Below are positions 50,728 through 61,615 of a stretch of DNA of 64,000 bases, in pieces. Every line of letters begins with the position of its first letter. Position 1 is the first letter of the stretch. The notes under the pieces were generated by a model. It was not told where the DNA came from, ran no database searches, and saw nothing but the letters and a program-made list of their open reading frames with translations. Origin of the DNA: Caldilineae bacterium (GTDB lineage: Bacteria > Chloroflexota > Anaerolineae > JAAEKA01); assembly GCA_020634555.1 (NCBI GenBank), contig JACKBK010000017.1, positions 573 through 64,572 of the forward strand, given 5' to 3'. The position numbers were made by a program, and so were the translations under genes.

Positions 50728-53385
50728 GTGACATCTCAGTTTACTAACCGAGTGCCGCTATTCGCTGGCCTCGGGCCGCCACAGCTTTCAGCCATCGAAG
50801 AACGCTTCACCACCGTCCAGTTTGGCGCAGGTGAGACGATCTTCAAGGCTGGCGAGCCGGCGACCCGGATGTTTGTCATCGACAGCGGCTACGTGCGCCT
50901 TGTGACCGACCGAGGCGTGGCCCTGGCAACTCTTGGGCCGGGCAGCACCCTGGGTGACCAGGATATGCTTGCCGAACAGGCCTACGCGTCCGGCGCGCAG
51001 GCCATGGGCGCGGTCACTGCCCAGTCACTCTCAGGCCGGGACCTGGAGCAACTGGTGCAGCGCGACCCGAACCTGGGACTGGCGCTTAGCCGCTCAGCCG
51101 GCATGCCCGTGGCCGCCTTGCGCAACTACGTCCTCAGCCGGCTGCAATCTGTTCCTGGCTGGCGGCGAGCAAGCCGCGCCGCGCTGCTGGACGCCGAGCA
51201 ACGCCTGACCGTCACTGACGCGGCCGCCGGCCAGCGCCTCTACTCCGCCGGTGATCCGCCCAGCGCGCTCTACATTCTGGAGCGCGGGCAGATGCGCCTC
51301 AGCGACCCTAGCGGCGCGTTCGGAGACATCAGCGTTGGCGCTGGAGCTGTCTTCGGCGACATGGAGCTGTTGACCGGCAAGCCGGCGACCCGCACTGCCG
51401 AATCGATGGCGGACGCCACGCTCTGGACGCTTAGCGCCCAGGCGTTTGCCGATCTGACCACGGAATACCCGGAGCTACGCTCTGCGTTGAGCCAGGAGCT
51501 CAGGGCGCCTCTTTCCCTCGAAGACCAAAAGACTGCCATCGAGCGCCTGCGCCAGTTGCCAACCTTCAACCGCTGGCCGGACGAGGTGATGCAACAACTG
51601 GCAGCCGCTCTGCTCCTGCAACATGTGCCTGCCGGCGAGCTGGTCTACCGCAAGGGCGACCCTGGCAACGGCATGTATCTGATCGAGCGCGGCCAGATCG
51701 AGCTGCACAGCGACGGCGAGATGCTGGCTCGCCTGACCGCCGGCAACGACTTCGGCGAGATGGCACTGGTTTCAGGTCGCCCGCGCACCGCCAACGCGCT
51801 GGCCGCCACCGACAGCAACCTCTGGGTGCTTTATCGCAACGACTTCGAACGCCTGCTGACCCGATACCCGTCCGTCCAGGCCGCGGTGACCGAAACGGTG
51901 GCCCAGCGGCTGGCTTCAGCCGACGAGGCGTTCTTCGACAGGCATCTGCGCCAGATCACACTGCTGTCGGGCCTCTCCCGCAGCCAGATCGAGGCCGTTC
52001 GCCGTCGGTTGCAGGCTGCCCGCTACCGCGCTGGCGAGGTGCTGTTCTACAGCGGCGACGAGCCAGCCGGCCTGTTCCTGGTCGAGCGCGGCCAGGTCAG
52101 TGTCGACGTGCCGACCGGTACAGGAGACACCACCGAGGTTATCTTCAGCGACGGTGATATCTTCGGCGAAGGCGCCCTGCTGCTGGATGGCTCGCGAACC
52201 TCAACTGCCCGCGCCATCACTGATTTGGATGTCTGGCTGCTGCGCCGCGAGGACTTCGAAGACCTCATGTTGCAGTATCCCAGCCTGGCGCTTAACCTGA
52301 GCCGGGTGTTGGAGAACCGCCTGCGGTCCAACAATCTGACCCCAGTGGCCGCCCCGGCGACACGCAGCAAAGCAACAACTGCGGCAGTTGCCACAGCAGC
52401 GGTTGCCACAACTGCTGCCAAGCCCGCGGCCCGGCCCGCCCAACCTGCGCCGCCGCCAGCAGCCTCTCCCCCAAAGACCGATGGCCTGGGCAGCCGTATC
52501 CGCGGCGGCATCGACTGGTTCCAGGAGGCCAGCACGATGACCAAGATACTGGTCGTGGTGCTGCTGCTGATGCTGGTATATATCTGCGGCTTTGCGTTGC
52601 CCTACATGGCCCTGGTGCGGCCGGTTTCGGCGGCGGAAGCGGAGGTTCGTGAGATCCAGATGTCGGCAGCGATGCCGGCCTTTGGCGGCGTTGAACTGCC
52701 GCCCACCCCGACGCCAGAACTGGGTGTGCTGGCCGTTGCCATGTTGGGAGGAGATCTGGCGCCGACGCCGACCTTCACGCCGTGGCCCACCGAAACGCCG
52801 ATCCCGACTGACACCCCGACGGTGACGCCCACGCCGACCTTCACGGCAACGCCGACCGATACGCCGTTGCCGACGGCTACACCCACCTTCACGCCGGAGC
52901 CGACCAACACACCGGAGCCTGTGCGACAGGCAGCCCCTGTGGCAGAAGAAGCCCAGCCGGAGCCTGAGGTGCGAGCCGCAGCGGTCGAGGCGCCCCAACC
53001 ATCCGTGGAATGGCGTCTGGTCTCTGCACGACGCCTGACACCGTGCGAGAATCGCGGCAAGCACAACATCTTCGTGACAGTGCTGGATGCTGCCGGCAAC
53101 CCATACGACGGCGCGCTGGTGGTTCAGTCCAACCGCGGTGACTATGGGAACATCCTTGACCGGATGCCAAGCGGCACCAAGGGGCCGGGGATGGCGGAGT
53201 TCATCATGTGGAAGATCGCCGAATACTCGGTGTTCATTGCTAACCCCGATGGAACACCGGCAAGCACCGAGTTTGCCGAACCGGTGCACTCCAACTTCAC
53301 CGATGAAGTAGAGTGCAGCGACGGCGGCGGCGGCAACACCCTCTTCCACAACTCCTTCGAGGTAATCTTCCAGCGAACGAGTTGA
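50728..53385 (+). CDS. Transmembrane protein with four cytoplasmic cyclic-nucleotide-binding (CAP-ED) domains, one TM helix, a Thr/Pro linker and an extracytoplasmic C-terminal domain
   Basis: Four repeats of the cNMP fold (for example [36 protein letters not shown]). [28 protein letters not shown]-terminal [23 protein letters not shown]...KGPGMAEF...[14 protein letters not shown] start after AAGGAG. Confidence 0.8.
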   Translation: MTSQFTNRVPLFAGLGPPQLSAIEERFTTVQFGAGETIFKAGEPATRMFVIDSGYVRLVTDRGVALATLGPGSTLGDQDMLAEQAYASGAQAMGAVTAQSLSGRDLEQLVQRDPNLGLALSRSAGMPVAALRNYVLSRLQSVPGWRRASRAALLDAEQRLTVTDAAAGQRLYSAGDPPSALYILERGQMRLSDPSGAFGDISVGAGAVFGDMELLTGKPATRTAESMADATLWTLSAQAFADLTTEYPELRSALSQELRAPLSLEDQKTAIERLRQLPTFNRWPDEVMQQLAAALLLQHVPAGELVYRKGDPGNGMYLIERGQIELHSDGEMLARLTAGNDFGEMALVSGRPRTANALAATDSNLWVLYRNDFERLLTRYPSVQAAVTETVAQRLASADEAFFDRHLRQITLLSGLSRSQIEAVRRRLQAARYRAGEVLFYSGDEPAGLFLVERGQVSVDVPTGTGDTTEVIFSDGDIFGEGALLLDGSRTSTARAITDLDVWLLRREDFEDLMLQYPSLALNLSRVLENRLRSNNLTPVAAPATRSKATTAAVATAAVATTAAKPAARPAQPAPPPAASPPKTDGLGSRIRGGIDWFQEASTMTKILVVVLLLMLVYICGFALPYMALVRPVSAAEAEVREIQMSAAMPAFGGVELPPTPTPELGVLAVAMLGGDLAPTPTFTPWPTETPIPTDTPTVTPTPTFTATPTDTPLPTATPTFTPEPTNTPEPVRQAAPVAEEAQPEPEVRAAAVEAPQPSVEWRLVSARRLTPCENRGKHNIFVTVLDAAGNPYDGALVVQSNRGDYGNILDRMPSGTKGPGMAEFIMWKIAEYSVFIANPDGTPASTEFAEPVHSNFTDEVECSDGGGGNTLFHNSFEVIFQRTS

Positions 53386-53406
53386 CAAACTGAGACAACC
53401 TTCAAG

Positions 53407-53437
53407 GGCGAGAGCAAGCCATGCTCTCGCCTTTTTT
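53407..53437 (+). terminator. Rho-independent terminator
   Basis: ggcgagagc-aagccat-gctctcgcc followed by TTTTTT. Confidence 0.8.
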
Positions 53438-53539
53438 GTCGCCAAGGACGCGTTGCTTCGCTTTGTTCATGTCGCCGCATATGCTATAATCGCCATGGTG
53501 ATACTACTTCGCACTCTGCGTCTGGAAAGCACTCTTCGC

Positions 53540-54727
53540 ATGTCCGTATGCCGGTTGGCGGTCAACCTATTGCCCCTGAAGCTCCTCGCCGTTTCACTGA
53601 TCGCTGTGCTTGCGTTGGCAGCCTGCAATCGAAGCACCACACCGGAGGCGACACCATCCCCGCTGCCAGTGCCCGCTACGTCTGAGGTAGCCACCGCCAT
53701 TCAGCCAACCGCTACGCCGACCAAAGCGCCGACGGCAACCCCCGCACCCTCTCCTTCGCCCACCTTTGATCTGATGACGTTTCTGGCGACCAACGCGGCC
53801 CCGGAAGGCGTCTCGCCGTTCACCGGGCTGCCGGTGGCCGACGCAACGGTGTTGGACAGGATGCCTGCCGCGGTCAAGATATCGAACTCCCCACTTGCTC
53901 GCCCGCAGTCAGGACTGAGCGAGGCTGATGTGGTCATCGAGCATTTGGCTGAGGGCGGGATCACCCGATTTACCGCTATCTATCACAGCCAGGACGCCGA
54001 ACGCATCGGGTCGGTGCGCAGCGCGCGCCTGATCGACCTTGAGATACCGGTGTTGTTCGACGCCTTCCTGGTCTATTCCGGCGCCAGCGGCGATGTTGAG
54101 CGCATGATCGAAAACTCCGACTTTGCGCCCTTTACCCTCTCGGACGAGCGCAAGGATCCCGGCTTCTACCGGTTGGACGTTCCGGGGCACGCCTACGAGC
54201 ATACCCTGTTCACCGACAGCGAGATCCTAACACGCGTGGCCGAGCAGGAGAACTGGACGGGACCGCCGCGTTCCATGGGCTGGGCCTGGAGCGACTCGCC
54301 GCCCGACGACGCGCAGCCGGCCGTGGCCATTGAGATTCCGTACAGCAGCGAGTACTCTGATGTACAGTACGACTACGATTCCGAGGCAGGCGTTTACCGC
54401 AGATCAATTCTGGGCGAGCCGCACATAGACGACCTCACAGGCGAGCAACTGGCGACGCCAAACGTCGTGGTTCTGTACGTCAACCACGTGCCGACGCTGA
54501 TTGTCGAGGATTTGCTGGGATCGAAATCGGTGCAGATTCAGCTTTGGGAGCAGGGCCGCATGCAGCTCTTCCGAGACGGCACGGTCCAGGAAGGAACCTG
54601 GACGCGACCGCGGCGCGAGGATCCGCTGGTTTTCCTCGACGAAGATGCTAACGCTCTGGAACTGAAACCAGGCCCTGTTTGGATAGAGATCGTTCCCCTG
54701 GACATGGAAGTCACGGTGGGGGAGTAG
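53540..54727 (+). CDS. DUF3048-family lipoprotein (YerB-like)
   Basis: Lipobox LALAAC. PAAVKISNSPLARPQSGLSEADVVIEHLAEGGITRFTAIYHSQDAERIGSVRSARL. Confidence 0.75.
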   Translation: MSVCRLAVNLLPLKLLAVSLIAVLALAACNRSTTPEATPSPLPVPATSEVATAIQPTATPTKAPTATPAPSPSPTFDLMTFLATNAAPEGVSPFTGLPVADATVLDRMPAAVKISNSPLARPQSGLSEADVVIEHLAEGGITRFTAIYHSQDAERIGSVRSARLIDLEIPVLFDAFLVYSGASGDVERMIENSDFAPFTLSDERKDPGFYRLDVPGHAYEHTLFTDSEILTRVAEQENWTGPPRSMGWAWSDSPPDDAQPAVAIEIPYSSEYSDVQYDYDSEAGVYRRSILGEPHIDDLTGEQLATPNVVVLYVNHVPTLIVEDLLGSKSVQIQLWEQGRMQLFRDGTVQEGTWTRPRREDPLVFLDEDANALELKPGPVWIEIVPLDMEVTVGE

Positions 54728-54821
54728 CCCAGCAAACTGTACCCCGGCTTGCGGAAATGGAGCGGCCTTCTGGGGTACAGTGAGCTAGCCGCGGGCTACT
54801 TCCTGCGGCACTGGTGACAAG

Positions 54822-55916
54822 ATGACAGCAAGCAACGCAGAACCAACACTACTGTTGGCCCAGGAAAACACAGCCGCGCATTTACAGTACGACTTGCAGC
54901 ACGAGGTGCGCGACGTATTCGAGGTACACAGCGCGGCTACCAGCGGCAGCAAGACACCGGCCTTCGAGTTTCATGGCCGCCTACTGGTCGCGCCCGACGT
55001 TGCCTTAACCACCCTCGAAGAACGCTTCCGTCCCTTCGGTTATACTCCCTTCCTGCATCGCAAAAACGAGACGGATCTGCTCAGTGCGATTCCCGGCATT
55101 GCTGAAGCCGGTCGCCAACGGGTCTGGATCAACGTTGTGCTGGCTATCGCGACCCTGTTCACCACCATGCTGGCCGGCGCACAGTTGGCCGGCGCCAACG
55201 TCCTGCGCCATCCGGTCAGCATCCTGGAGGGGCTGCCCTTCGCCTTGACACTGATGGTGATCCTCGGCTCCCACGAGCTGGGGCACTATTTCATGGGCAG
55301 GTGGCACAAGGTGCGCGTCACCCTGCCATACTTCATCCCCGTGCCGGCCTTCCTCGGCACCTTCGGCGCGTTCATCCAGATGCGCAGCCCAATCCGCAAC
55401 CGCGCCCAACTGTTCGATGTTGGGTTCGCCGGACCGATCGTGGGCTTTGTGGTCGCGCTGCCGCTGCTGATCATCGGCCTGCTGCTGCCGCCTGTGGGCA
55501 GCCCCTACCTGCGAGTCGGCGACTCCCTGTTGACGGGCTTCCTCTCCGAGTTGCTGCGGCCAGAGTTCGTCGGGCGCGGCTATGGGCTGAACCCGGTTGC
55601 GCTGGCGGCCTACTTCGGCATCCTGTTGACCGGCGTTAATTTACTGCCGGCCGGCCAGTTGGACGGAGGCCACATCGCCTACGCGATCTTTGGGCGAGCA
55701 GCCCGGCCGCTGGGTTTCGCGGTCATCGTTGGACTGCTGGTGATGGGCACACTCTTCTGGCGCGGCTGGTACCTCTGGGCCGGATTGATCTTCCTCACCG
55801 GCCTGCGCCATCCGTCGCCCCTGGACGAGATTACTCCGGTGGACACCGCCCGGCGCATCATCGGCATCGGCGCCTTCGTCCTGCTCCTCCTGACATTTAT
55901 TCCCGTTCCCAACTGA
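54822..55916 (+). CDS. Site-2 protease family (M50) membrane metalloprotease
   Basis: HELGHYFMGRWHKVRVTLPYFIPVP and a downstream NLLPAGQLDGGHI motif. Multi-TM. Confidence 0.8.
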   Translation: MTASNAEPTLLLAQENTAAHLQYDLQHEVRDVFEVHSAATSGSKTPAFEFHGRLLVAPDVALTTLEERFRPFGYTPFLHRKNETDLLSAIPGIAEAGRQRVWINVVLAIATLFTTMLAGAQLAGANVLRHPVSILEGLPFALTLMVILGSHELGHYFMGRWHKVRVTLPYFIPVPAFLGTFGAFIQMRSPIRNRAQLFDVGFAGPIVGFVVALPLLIIGLLLPPVGSPYLRVGDSLLTGFLSELLRPEFVGRGYGLNPVALAAYFGILLTGVNLLPAGQLDGGHIAYAIFGRAARPLGFAVIVGLLVMGTLFWRGWYLWAGLIFLTGLRHPSPLDEITPVDTARRIIGIGAFVLLLLTFIPVPN

Positions 55917-55989
55917 CGGCGATGGTCTGCGTGTTCATTACACAACACGCATTGGTTGCTCCCTCTCCTCCCGGCTTTCCCGTACTTGT

Positions 55990-56628
55990 CTACACCAGAT
56001 CTTGCTGCAAGGCGACAGCCACCGCCTCGGCGCGATTAGAGACCTCCAACTTGGAGAGGATGTTGCTGACGTGCGCCTTTGCTGTGGAACGGCTCACGAT
56101 CAGGCTGGCGGCGATCTCAGGGTTCGACTTCCCCTGAACCATCAGCGCCAACACCTCCAGCTCGCGCGCGGTCAGATCGAAACCGACCGCTGGATACTCC
56201 TGCTTTGGCTGAATTAGCGCCTGGACAGCCTCCGGCGCGAGAGTGGACCGGCCAGCATGAGCCGCGCGGATGGCTGCGGTGAGATCATCGACACTGACAT
56301 TTTTGAGCAGATAGCTGATCGCGCCGGCCGCCAGCGCCTCCTGCACAAGGGTCTTCTCCTCGAAGCTGGTCAGCGCGACTACCTGAATGGCAGGCCAGCG
56401 GCTGCGAATCGCGCGCGTAGCCGCCGCGCCGTCCATCACCGGCATCATCAGGTCCATCAACACCACGTCGGGGTGCATCGTCTCACACATGGCGATAGCT
56501 TCCTGCCCGTTGCGGCCCTCTCCGACCATCTGCAGATCAGGGGCGACCATCAGAAAGGCTGCCAGGCCGCGACGCACCATGTCGTGGTCATCGATGACCA
56601 GCACGCGGATCGGTTCACTTTGCTGCAT
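55990..56628 (-). CDS. NarL/LuxR-family response regulator
   Basis: Receiver IRVLVIDDHDMVRRGL...VVLMDLMMPVMDG. HTH LTARELEVLALMVQGKSNPEIAASLIVSRSTAKAHVSNILSKL. RBS GAGGAG. Confidence 0.85.
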   Translation of the reverse strand: MQQSEPIRVLVIDDHDMVRRGLAAFLMVAPDLQMVGEGRNGQEAIAMCETMHPDVVLMDLMMPVMDGAAATRAIRSRWPAIQVVALTSFEEKTLVQEALAAGAISYLLKNVSVDDLTAAIRAAHAGRSTLAPEAVQALIQPKQEYPAVGFDLTARELEVLALMVQGKSNPEIAASLIVSRSTAKAHVSNILSKLEVSNRAEAVAVALQQDLV

Positions 56629-58414
56629 CTTGGGACTCCTCTGGTGATCCTGGCGCGGCGGCTTGCCAGACCACGGTGATCGTGGTGCCTTGCCCCGCAT
56701 CGCTATCCAGTGTCAGGGCCGCACTGATCGCCGAAGTACGCTCGCAGATGATGCCCAGCCCCAGGCGGTCTGGGGGAACTGCGTTCACATCGAACCCGAT
56801 CCCATCGTCGTGGATGACCAGCCAGGCCGTGCTGTTCCGTCCACTGTCATCAACATCCCTGCAACGCAGTTCGACCAAAGCGTGCTCTGCGCGGGCATGC
56901 TTCACGACGTTGTTCAGTGCTTCTTGGGCAATGCGGTAGAGCGCGATGCGAACATCGTCGGGGAGCTCGCAGGCCGGATCGACGGTTACCTGCACAGCCA
57001 TGCCCGTGCGGCCCGCCACAGCTTCGGCCAGTTGCCGCAGCAGGTCGCCGAGATCGGCCTCTGCCAGCACGTTGGGCCGTAGCTCCAGCAGCAGGGTGCG
57101 CATCTCAGCCAGCGCGCCGCGGCTCAGTTGGCGCAATTCCTGCAGCAGCTCGCGGCCGCGCGCCTGGTCCATCTCCCAGGTGGCCGGCAGTACCTCGGCC
57201 AGCAGGCTGGCCGAAAAGAGGGTCTGGGTCACGGCATCGTGCAGATCGCGCGCCAGCCTGCTGCGTTCCTCCAGCACCGCGGCCTGCTGAGCCTGCTCGT
57301 AGAGCTGCGTGTTCTCGATGGCCGCGCCGGTCTGGTGGGCCAGCGATTGGAGCACCTGCAGGTCGGTCTCGTCGAACGCGTCTACCCTGCGGCTCTGTAC
57401 GTCGAGCACGCCGATCACCCGCCCCTTGACCAGGATCGGCACCACGATCTCGGACAGCGCCGCGGTGCCTTCCATCCTGACGTAGCGGTCGTCCAGGCGC
57501 ACGTCAGACACCACAATTGCCTGGCCGGTTTGCGCGACCCAGCCGGTAAGCCCCTGGCGACCGATTTTCAAACGGGATGGCTTGAACTTGAAGTCCATCG
57601 ACTCCCACAGGTTACCCGCGCCGACGCGATAGACGACCTCGTCTCCTTCCACCAACCCAATGCCAACGTGGTAGTAGTCGAAAGTGTCGCGGACCAGATG
57701 CGCCACGCGCGTCAGGATCTCGTCCACCGGCATAATGGTGGTGATCTCGCCGCTGACCTCGCCGATGACGCGAAACTGGTCGGCCCGCCGCTGCTCGGCT
57801 GCGTAGAGCTGGGCGTTGCGGATTGCCGTGGCTGCCTGGTCGGCAAACGACTGCAGCAGATCGAGGTCCCCTTGGTCGAAGCCTGATTGGCCGTTGCGCT
57901 TGTTGACAACGACGAGACTGCCGATCACGCGGCCAGACACCTCCAGTGGCGCCAGCGCAGCGTTGCGCACCTGCCGCTGATCCACCCATGCCTTGGCCGA
58001 ACGGTGGACGCGCGGGTCTGCGCCCAGACTGTTGGAGACGTCCGCCTGTTTGTTCAGCGTTACCCAGCCGGAAAGGCTCTCACCCAACGGAGACCGCTCG
58101 CCGATTGCGAAGGTCATAGAACCGCATCCGGCCACCACCTCGTCCTCGTATGCTTCCCAGCGAACGAGGTTCAGCAGCCCCCCTTCCCCGGAAAGCAGTG
58201 AGGTCGCCTGTTGGATGATCAGCCGCAGCAGGCTTTCCTGATCCAGCGTGCTGGCGACGGCGCGTGTCGTCTCCTGCAAAGCTGTGAGCTGCGCAACTCG
58301 CCGCCGCGTGTCGTCGACCAGCCGTTGATTGTTGGCCGCGCAGTCAGCGACCTCCCGCTCCAGCTCTTGAATGCGGGCAGCCAGCGCCTCAGCCGACCCA
58401 GATTGCCAGCTCAT
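56615..58414 (-). CDS. Cytoplasmic sensor histidine kinase (coiled coil, two GAF domains, HisKA_3-type dimerisation domain, HATPase)
   Basis: H-box ERSRLARDLHDAVTQTLFSASL, N-box EALNNVVKHARA, G-box IHDDGIGF...GLGII. It overlaps the regulator gene by 14 nt. Confidence 0.85.
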   Translation of the reverse strand: MSWQSGSAEALAARIQELEREVADCAANNQRLVDDTRRRVAQLTALQETTRAVASTLDQESLLRLIIQQATSLLSGEGGLLNLVRWEAYEDEVVAGCGSMTFAIGERSPLGESLSGWVTLNKQADVSNSLGADPRVHRSAKAWVDQRQVRNAALAPLEVSGRVIGSLVVVNKRNGQSGFDQGDLDLLQSFADQAATAIRNAQLYAAEQRRADQFRVIGEVSGEITTIMPVDEILTRVAHLVRDTFDYYHVGIGLVEGDEVVYRVGAGNLWESMDFKFKPSRLKIGRQGLTGWVAQTGQAIVVSDVRLDDRYVRMEGTAALSEIVVPILVKGRVIGVLDVQSRRVDAFDETDLQVLQSLAHQTGAAIENTQLYEQAQQAAVLEERSRLARDLHDAVTQTLFSASLLAEVLPATWEMDQARGRELLQELRQLSRGALAEMRTLLLELRPNVLAEADLGDLLRQLAEAVAGRTGMAVQVTVDPACELPDDVRIALYRIAQEALNNVVKHARAEHALVELRCRDVDDSGRNSTAWLVIHDDGIGFDVNAVPPDRLGLGIICERTSAISAALTLDSDAGQGTTITVVWQAAAPGSPEESQDAAK

Positions 58415-58592
58415 GGTTGGTCTAAACTCCCTTAAACAAGCCCGGCCATCCCGTTGGATCTGGATGGCCAAAACATCTCTTCGTTCAGTATATCACAGGA
58501 CCGGCAGCGAAACAACGCATAGTTTCGACATCGCCATGTGACAGGGGTGAACGAAGCAATCTACATCCAGATTGGTGATCCGGTTCTGGCCC

Positions 58593-58640
58593 AGAATAAC
58601 GGAGCGGCGGGCCGCCATTGGCCCGCCGCTCCGTTATTCT
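58593..58640 (-). terminator. Perfect 20-bp hairpin downstream of the sugar ABC operon (no U-tract)
   Basis: agaataacggagcggcgggc / gcccgccgctccgttattct with an 8-nt loop. Confidence 0.5.
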
Positions 58641-58673
58641 CTTCGTCCGGTGGTGCCTGACGGTCAACCCGGT

Positions 58674-59678
58674 CTACTTCCCTCGCCGGCGAATGATGTC
58701 GATGTAAACCGCCAGTACCACGATGACACCGGTGATGACCATCTGCCATTCCTGGGGGACGCTCAGGATGCGCAGGCCGTTGGTCAGGGTGCTGATGATC
58801 AGCGCGCCGATGACCGTGCCGAGGATGGTGCCCTCGCCGCCACTGAGGGAGGTGCCGCCGATAACCACCGCGGCGATGGCTTCCAGCTCGTAGCCGATGC
58901 CCAGCGCCGGCTGGGCCGAGTTCAGGCGTGAGGCGATCATGACACCGGCCAGGCCGCTGAAGGCGCCGCCCAGCGCATACACAGCCGTCAACCAGTTGGC
59001 GACGTTGACGCCGGAGAGCCGCGTCGCCTCCTCGTTGCTGCCGATGGCGACCGCATAGCGCCCCAGTACCGTTTTGCCCAGGATGAAAGCTGCCACCAGC
59101 GCTGCGCCAAATAAAATGAACACCGCGTTGGGAACCGACAGTCCGGGGATCAGCGCGCCGACCACCGATCCCATCATGATCTCCCGAAAGACGGGCGTGT
59201 CGTTGAAGTAGATCGGTTTGACGTCAGAGATCACCAGAGACAGCCCGCGGGCGATCATCATCATGCCCAGCGTGGCGATAAAGGGCGGAATCTTCATGCG
59301 GGCTATCATCAACCCGCTGATCAGCCCGGCCGTGGTTCCGGTCAACAGGCCGACGATGATGCCAACAGGGATTGGCAGACCGCGGTTGGTGACAGCCACG
59401 CCGGTCATGACGGCCGACAGGGTCATGACAGTGCCGACCGAAAGGTCGATGCCGGCGGTGATGATGACGAAGGTCACGCCCAAGGCCAAAACACCGTTGA
59501 CCGCTGTTGCCACCAGGATGCTGCTGACGTTGTCCGGGGTGCGGAAGAAGGGCGATGCAAGAGAAAAGAAGATGAAGATAATGATCAGGGCTGAGAAGGC
59601 CAACAACTTCTGGGCTGCATCGGCCCGAAGAAAGGAGCGTTTGGAAGTCGCCGCGGTCTCGCCAGTTTGTGTTGCCAT
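58674..59678 (-). CDS. Sugar ABC transporter permease (RbsC/XylH-like)
   Basis: AFSALIIIFIFFSLASPFF...GIDLSVGTVMTLSAV...IGGTSLSGGEGTILGTVIGALII. Confidence 0.8.
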   Translation of the reverse strand: MATQTGETAATSKRSFLRADAAQKLLAFSALIIIFIFFSLASPFFRTPDNVSSILVATAVNGVLALGVTFVIITAGIDLSVGTVMTLSAVMTGVAVTNRGLPIPVGIIVGLLTGTTAGLISGLMIARMKIPPFIATLGMMMIARGLSLVISDVKPIYFNDTPVFREIMMGSVVGALIPGLSVPNAVFILFGAALVAAFILGKTVLGRYAVAIGSNEEATRLSGVNVANWLTAVYALGGAFSGLAGVMIASRLNSAQPALGIGYELEAIAAVVIGGTSLSGGEGTILGTVIGALIISTLTNGLRILSVPQEWQMVITGVIVVLAVYIDIIRRRGK

Positions 59679-59680
59679 GG

Positions 59681-61243
59681 TTAGCCTACTCCATTCTGTT
59701 CGATGCCCTGGTCGTTGGTTGGCTCGCCGTTGGCGCTCACCAGGACTCGCCGCTGGGTTGCATATCGCATAATCTCTTCCTGCGTCGCGTCTGCCGAGGA
59801 AAGCTCGCCCGTAATGCGCCCCTCGCACATGACGACGATCCGGTGGCTCATGCGCAAGATCTCAGGCAGTTCCGACGAGATCATGATGATCGACTTGCCT
59901 TGCTGTGCCAAATCGTTGAGCAGGTGGTAGATCTCGCTCTTGGCGCCCACGTCGATGCCGCGCGTCGGCTCGTCGAAGATCAGGATCTCCGTGTCGGCGG
60001 TCAACCATTTACCGATGACCACCTTTTGCTGGTTGCCGCCGGAGAGGTTGCGCACTCGCTGCTCAACGCTGGGAGTCTTGATCTGCAAAGTATCGACGTA
60101 ATGTGTGGCAGTGTCCCGAATCGCGGTTTGATTGACGGTACCCAGCCTGCCCAGGAACTTGCTGAACCCTGCCAGCGCGATGTTTTCCTCGACGTCCATG
60201 CCCAGCGCCAGACCGTATCGCTTGCGGTCCTCGGAGAGATAGCCGATGCCGTGGGCCACTGCATCCTTGGGCGACTTGATCTGCACAAGCTCCCCGTTGA
60301 CGAAAAACTCACCGGAGTCCACCGGATCTGCACCGAAAACCGCCCGCGCAACCTCGGTACGTCCGGCGCCCATCAGCCCGGCAAACCCCAGGATCTCGCC
60401 TTTCTTGAGTTGGAAACTGACATCACGGATGACATCGCCCCGGTTCAGGTTCCTGACCTCCAGCGCAATATCCTGGCTGGGTTTTTCCGGAATCTCCGGC
60501 GCAGCCTCGAAGATCGTCCGGCCCACCATCATCGAAATGATCTGGTCGATAGAGCACGTTTGGGCATCGACCGTGTCGATGGTGCGACCATCGCGCATGA
60601 CAGTGATGCGGTCAGAGATCTGCTTGAGCTCCTCCAGGCGATGGGAGATATAGACGATGCCCACACCCTTGTTGCGCAGCTCCCGGATGATGCGAAAAAG
60701 CTCGTCGATCTCTGCTTCGGTCAACGCGGCCGTCGGCTCGTCCATGATCAGCACTTGCGAGTTGAAGGAGAGCGCCTTGGCGATCTCCACCATCTGCTGC
60801 TTGGCAACCGTCAGGTCAGCGGCCTTGGTGCGCGGGTCCAGGTTGAGCCGCATGGATGCGAACAGTTCCTTTGTCTGGGCGTTGAGCTTGTTCTCATCCA
60901 GCATGAATCGGACAACCCCGCGCGGCTCGCGGCCGATGTAGACATTTTGCGCCAGGGTCAGGTGGTTCATCAGGTTGATCTCCTGATGGATCATGCTGAT
61001 ACCCAGGTCTTGAGCCGCGCGCGGCGATGGAATCTCGACCTCGTTGTCCTTCAAAATAATTTGTCCGGCATCCATGCGATAGATCCCGGACAGTATTTTC
61101 ATAAGGGTCGATTTTCCGGCGCCGTTCTCTCCCACCAGCGCGTGTACTTCGCCGGTCCGGAGGTCGAACCTCGCCTCGTCCAGCGCACGCACGCCAGGAA
61201 ATGACTTGTCGATTCCCTGCATTTTGACCAGGTAGTCGCTCAT
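59681..61243 (-). CDS. Sugar ABC transporter ATP-binding protein with duplicated ABC domains (RbsA-like)
   Basis: Two Walker A motifs ([18 protein letters not shown]) and two signature motifs ([24 protein letters not shown]). Confidence 0.85.
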   Translation of the reverse strand: MSDYLVKMQGIDKSFPGVRALDEARFDLRTGEVHALVGENGAGKSTLMKILSGIYRMDAGQIILKDNEVEIPSPRAAQDLGISMIHQEINLMNHLTLAQNVYIGREPRGVVRFMLDENKLNAQTKELFASMRLNLDPRTKAADLTVAKQQMVEIAKALSFNSQVLIMDEPTAALTEAEIDELFRIIRELRNKGVGIVYISHRLEELKQISDRITVMRDGRTIDTVDAQTCSIDQIISMMVGRTIFEAAPEIPEKPSQDIALEVRNLNRGDVIRDVSFQLKKGEILGFAGLMGAGRTEVARAVFGADPVDSGEFFVNGELVQIKSPKDAVAHGIGYLSEDRKRYGLALGMDVEENIALAGFSKFLGRLGTVNQTAIRDTATHYVDTLQIKTPSVEQRVRNLSGGNQQKVVIGKWLTADTEILIFDEPTRGIDVGAKSEIYHLLNDLAQQGKSIIMISSELPEILRMSHRIVVMCEGRITGELSSADATQEEIMRYATQRRVLVSANGEPTNDQGIEQNGVG

Positions 61244-61283
61244 GGAGAGTCCTTCATGAAGAAGTTGTGATAACCGCTCACCC

Positions 61284-61500
61284 GTCACTCCCGCGAAGGC
61301 GGAGTCCACTCTTCACGGGCGTTAGTACGGACTGACGCAAATTGGTCAGCAAGGCCGTCGCCTGTGTTCCGGCCGGTCTCCTGACCGGCTCCGGGTTCGA
61401 CGGATGCAATGACTGGCCCCGAAGCGGGTCAGGAGACCGGTCGGAAACGCCGGACAAATTAGGCGGAATTGTACAAGACTCCCGCCTTTGCGGGAGTGAC
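61284..61500. repeat. Composite nested palindrome in the rbsB-rbsA intergenic region
   Basis: Outer inverted REP-type hairpins gtcactcccgcgaaggcggagtc (61284) and gactcccgcctttgcgggagtgac (61477) enclose the stem ccggtctcctgaccgg (61373) / cgggtcaggagaccgg (61425), which is related to the core of the MITE-like element. Confidence 0.7.
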
Positions 61501-61615
61501 GCAACAGGCAAAGGCTGTGCCGGCGCCACTTGTGGAAAAATGCAGGGGCGGGCGAGGAAATCCCGCCCCTGCGTTGCCAAAGTGGCGCCGGCCTGCACAG
61601 GCCACCCCACGCGGT

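Noticed and set aside
55005-55409. ORFs antisense to the site-2 protease and other short ORFs in gaps (for example 21795..22067 +, 21508..21720 -)
   Set aside because: They have no RBS and no motif, and they overlap promoters or better-supported genes.
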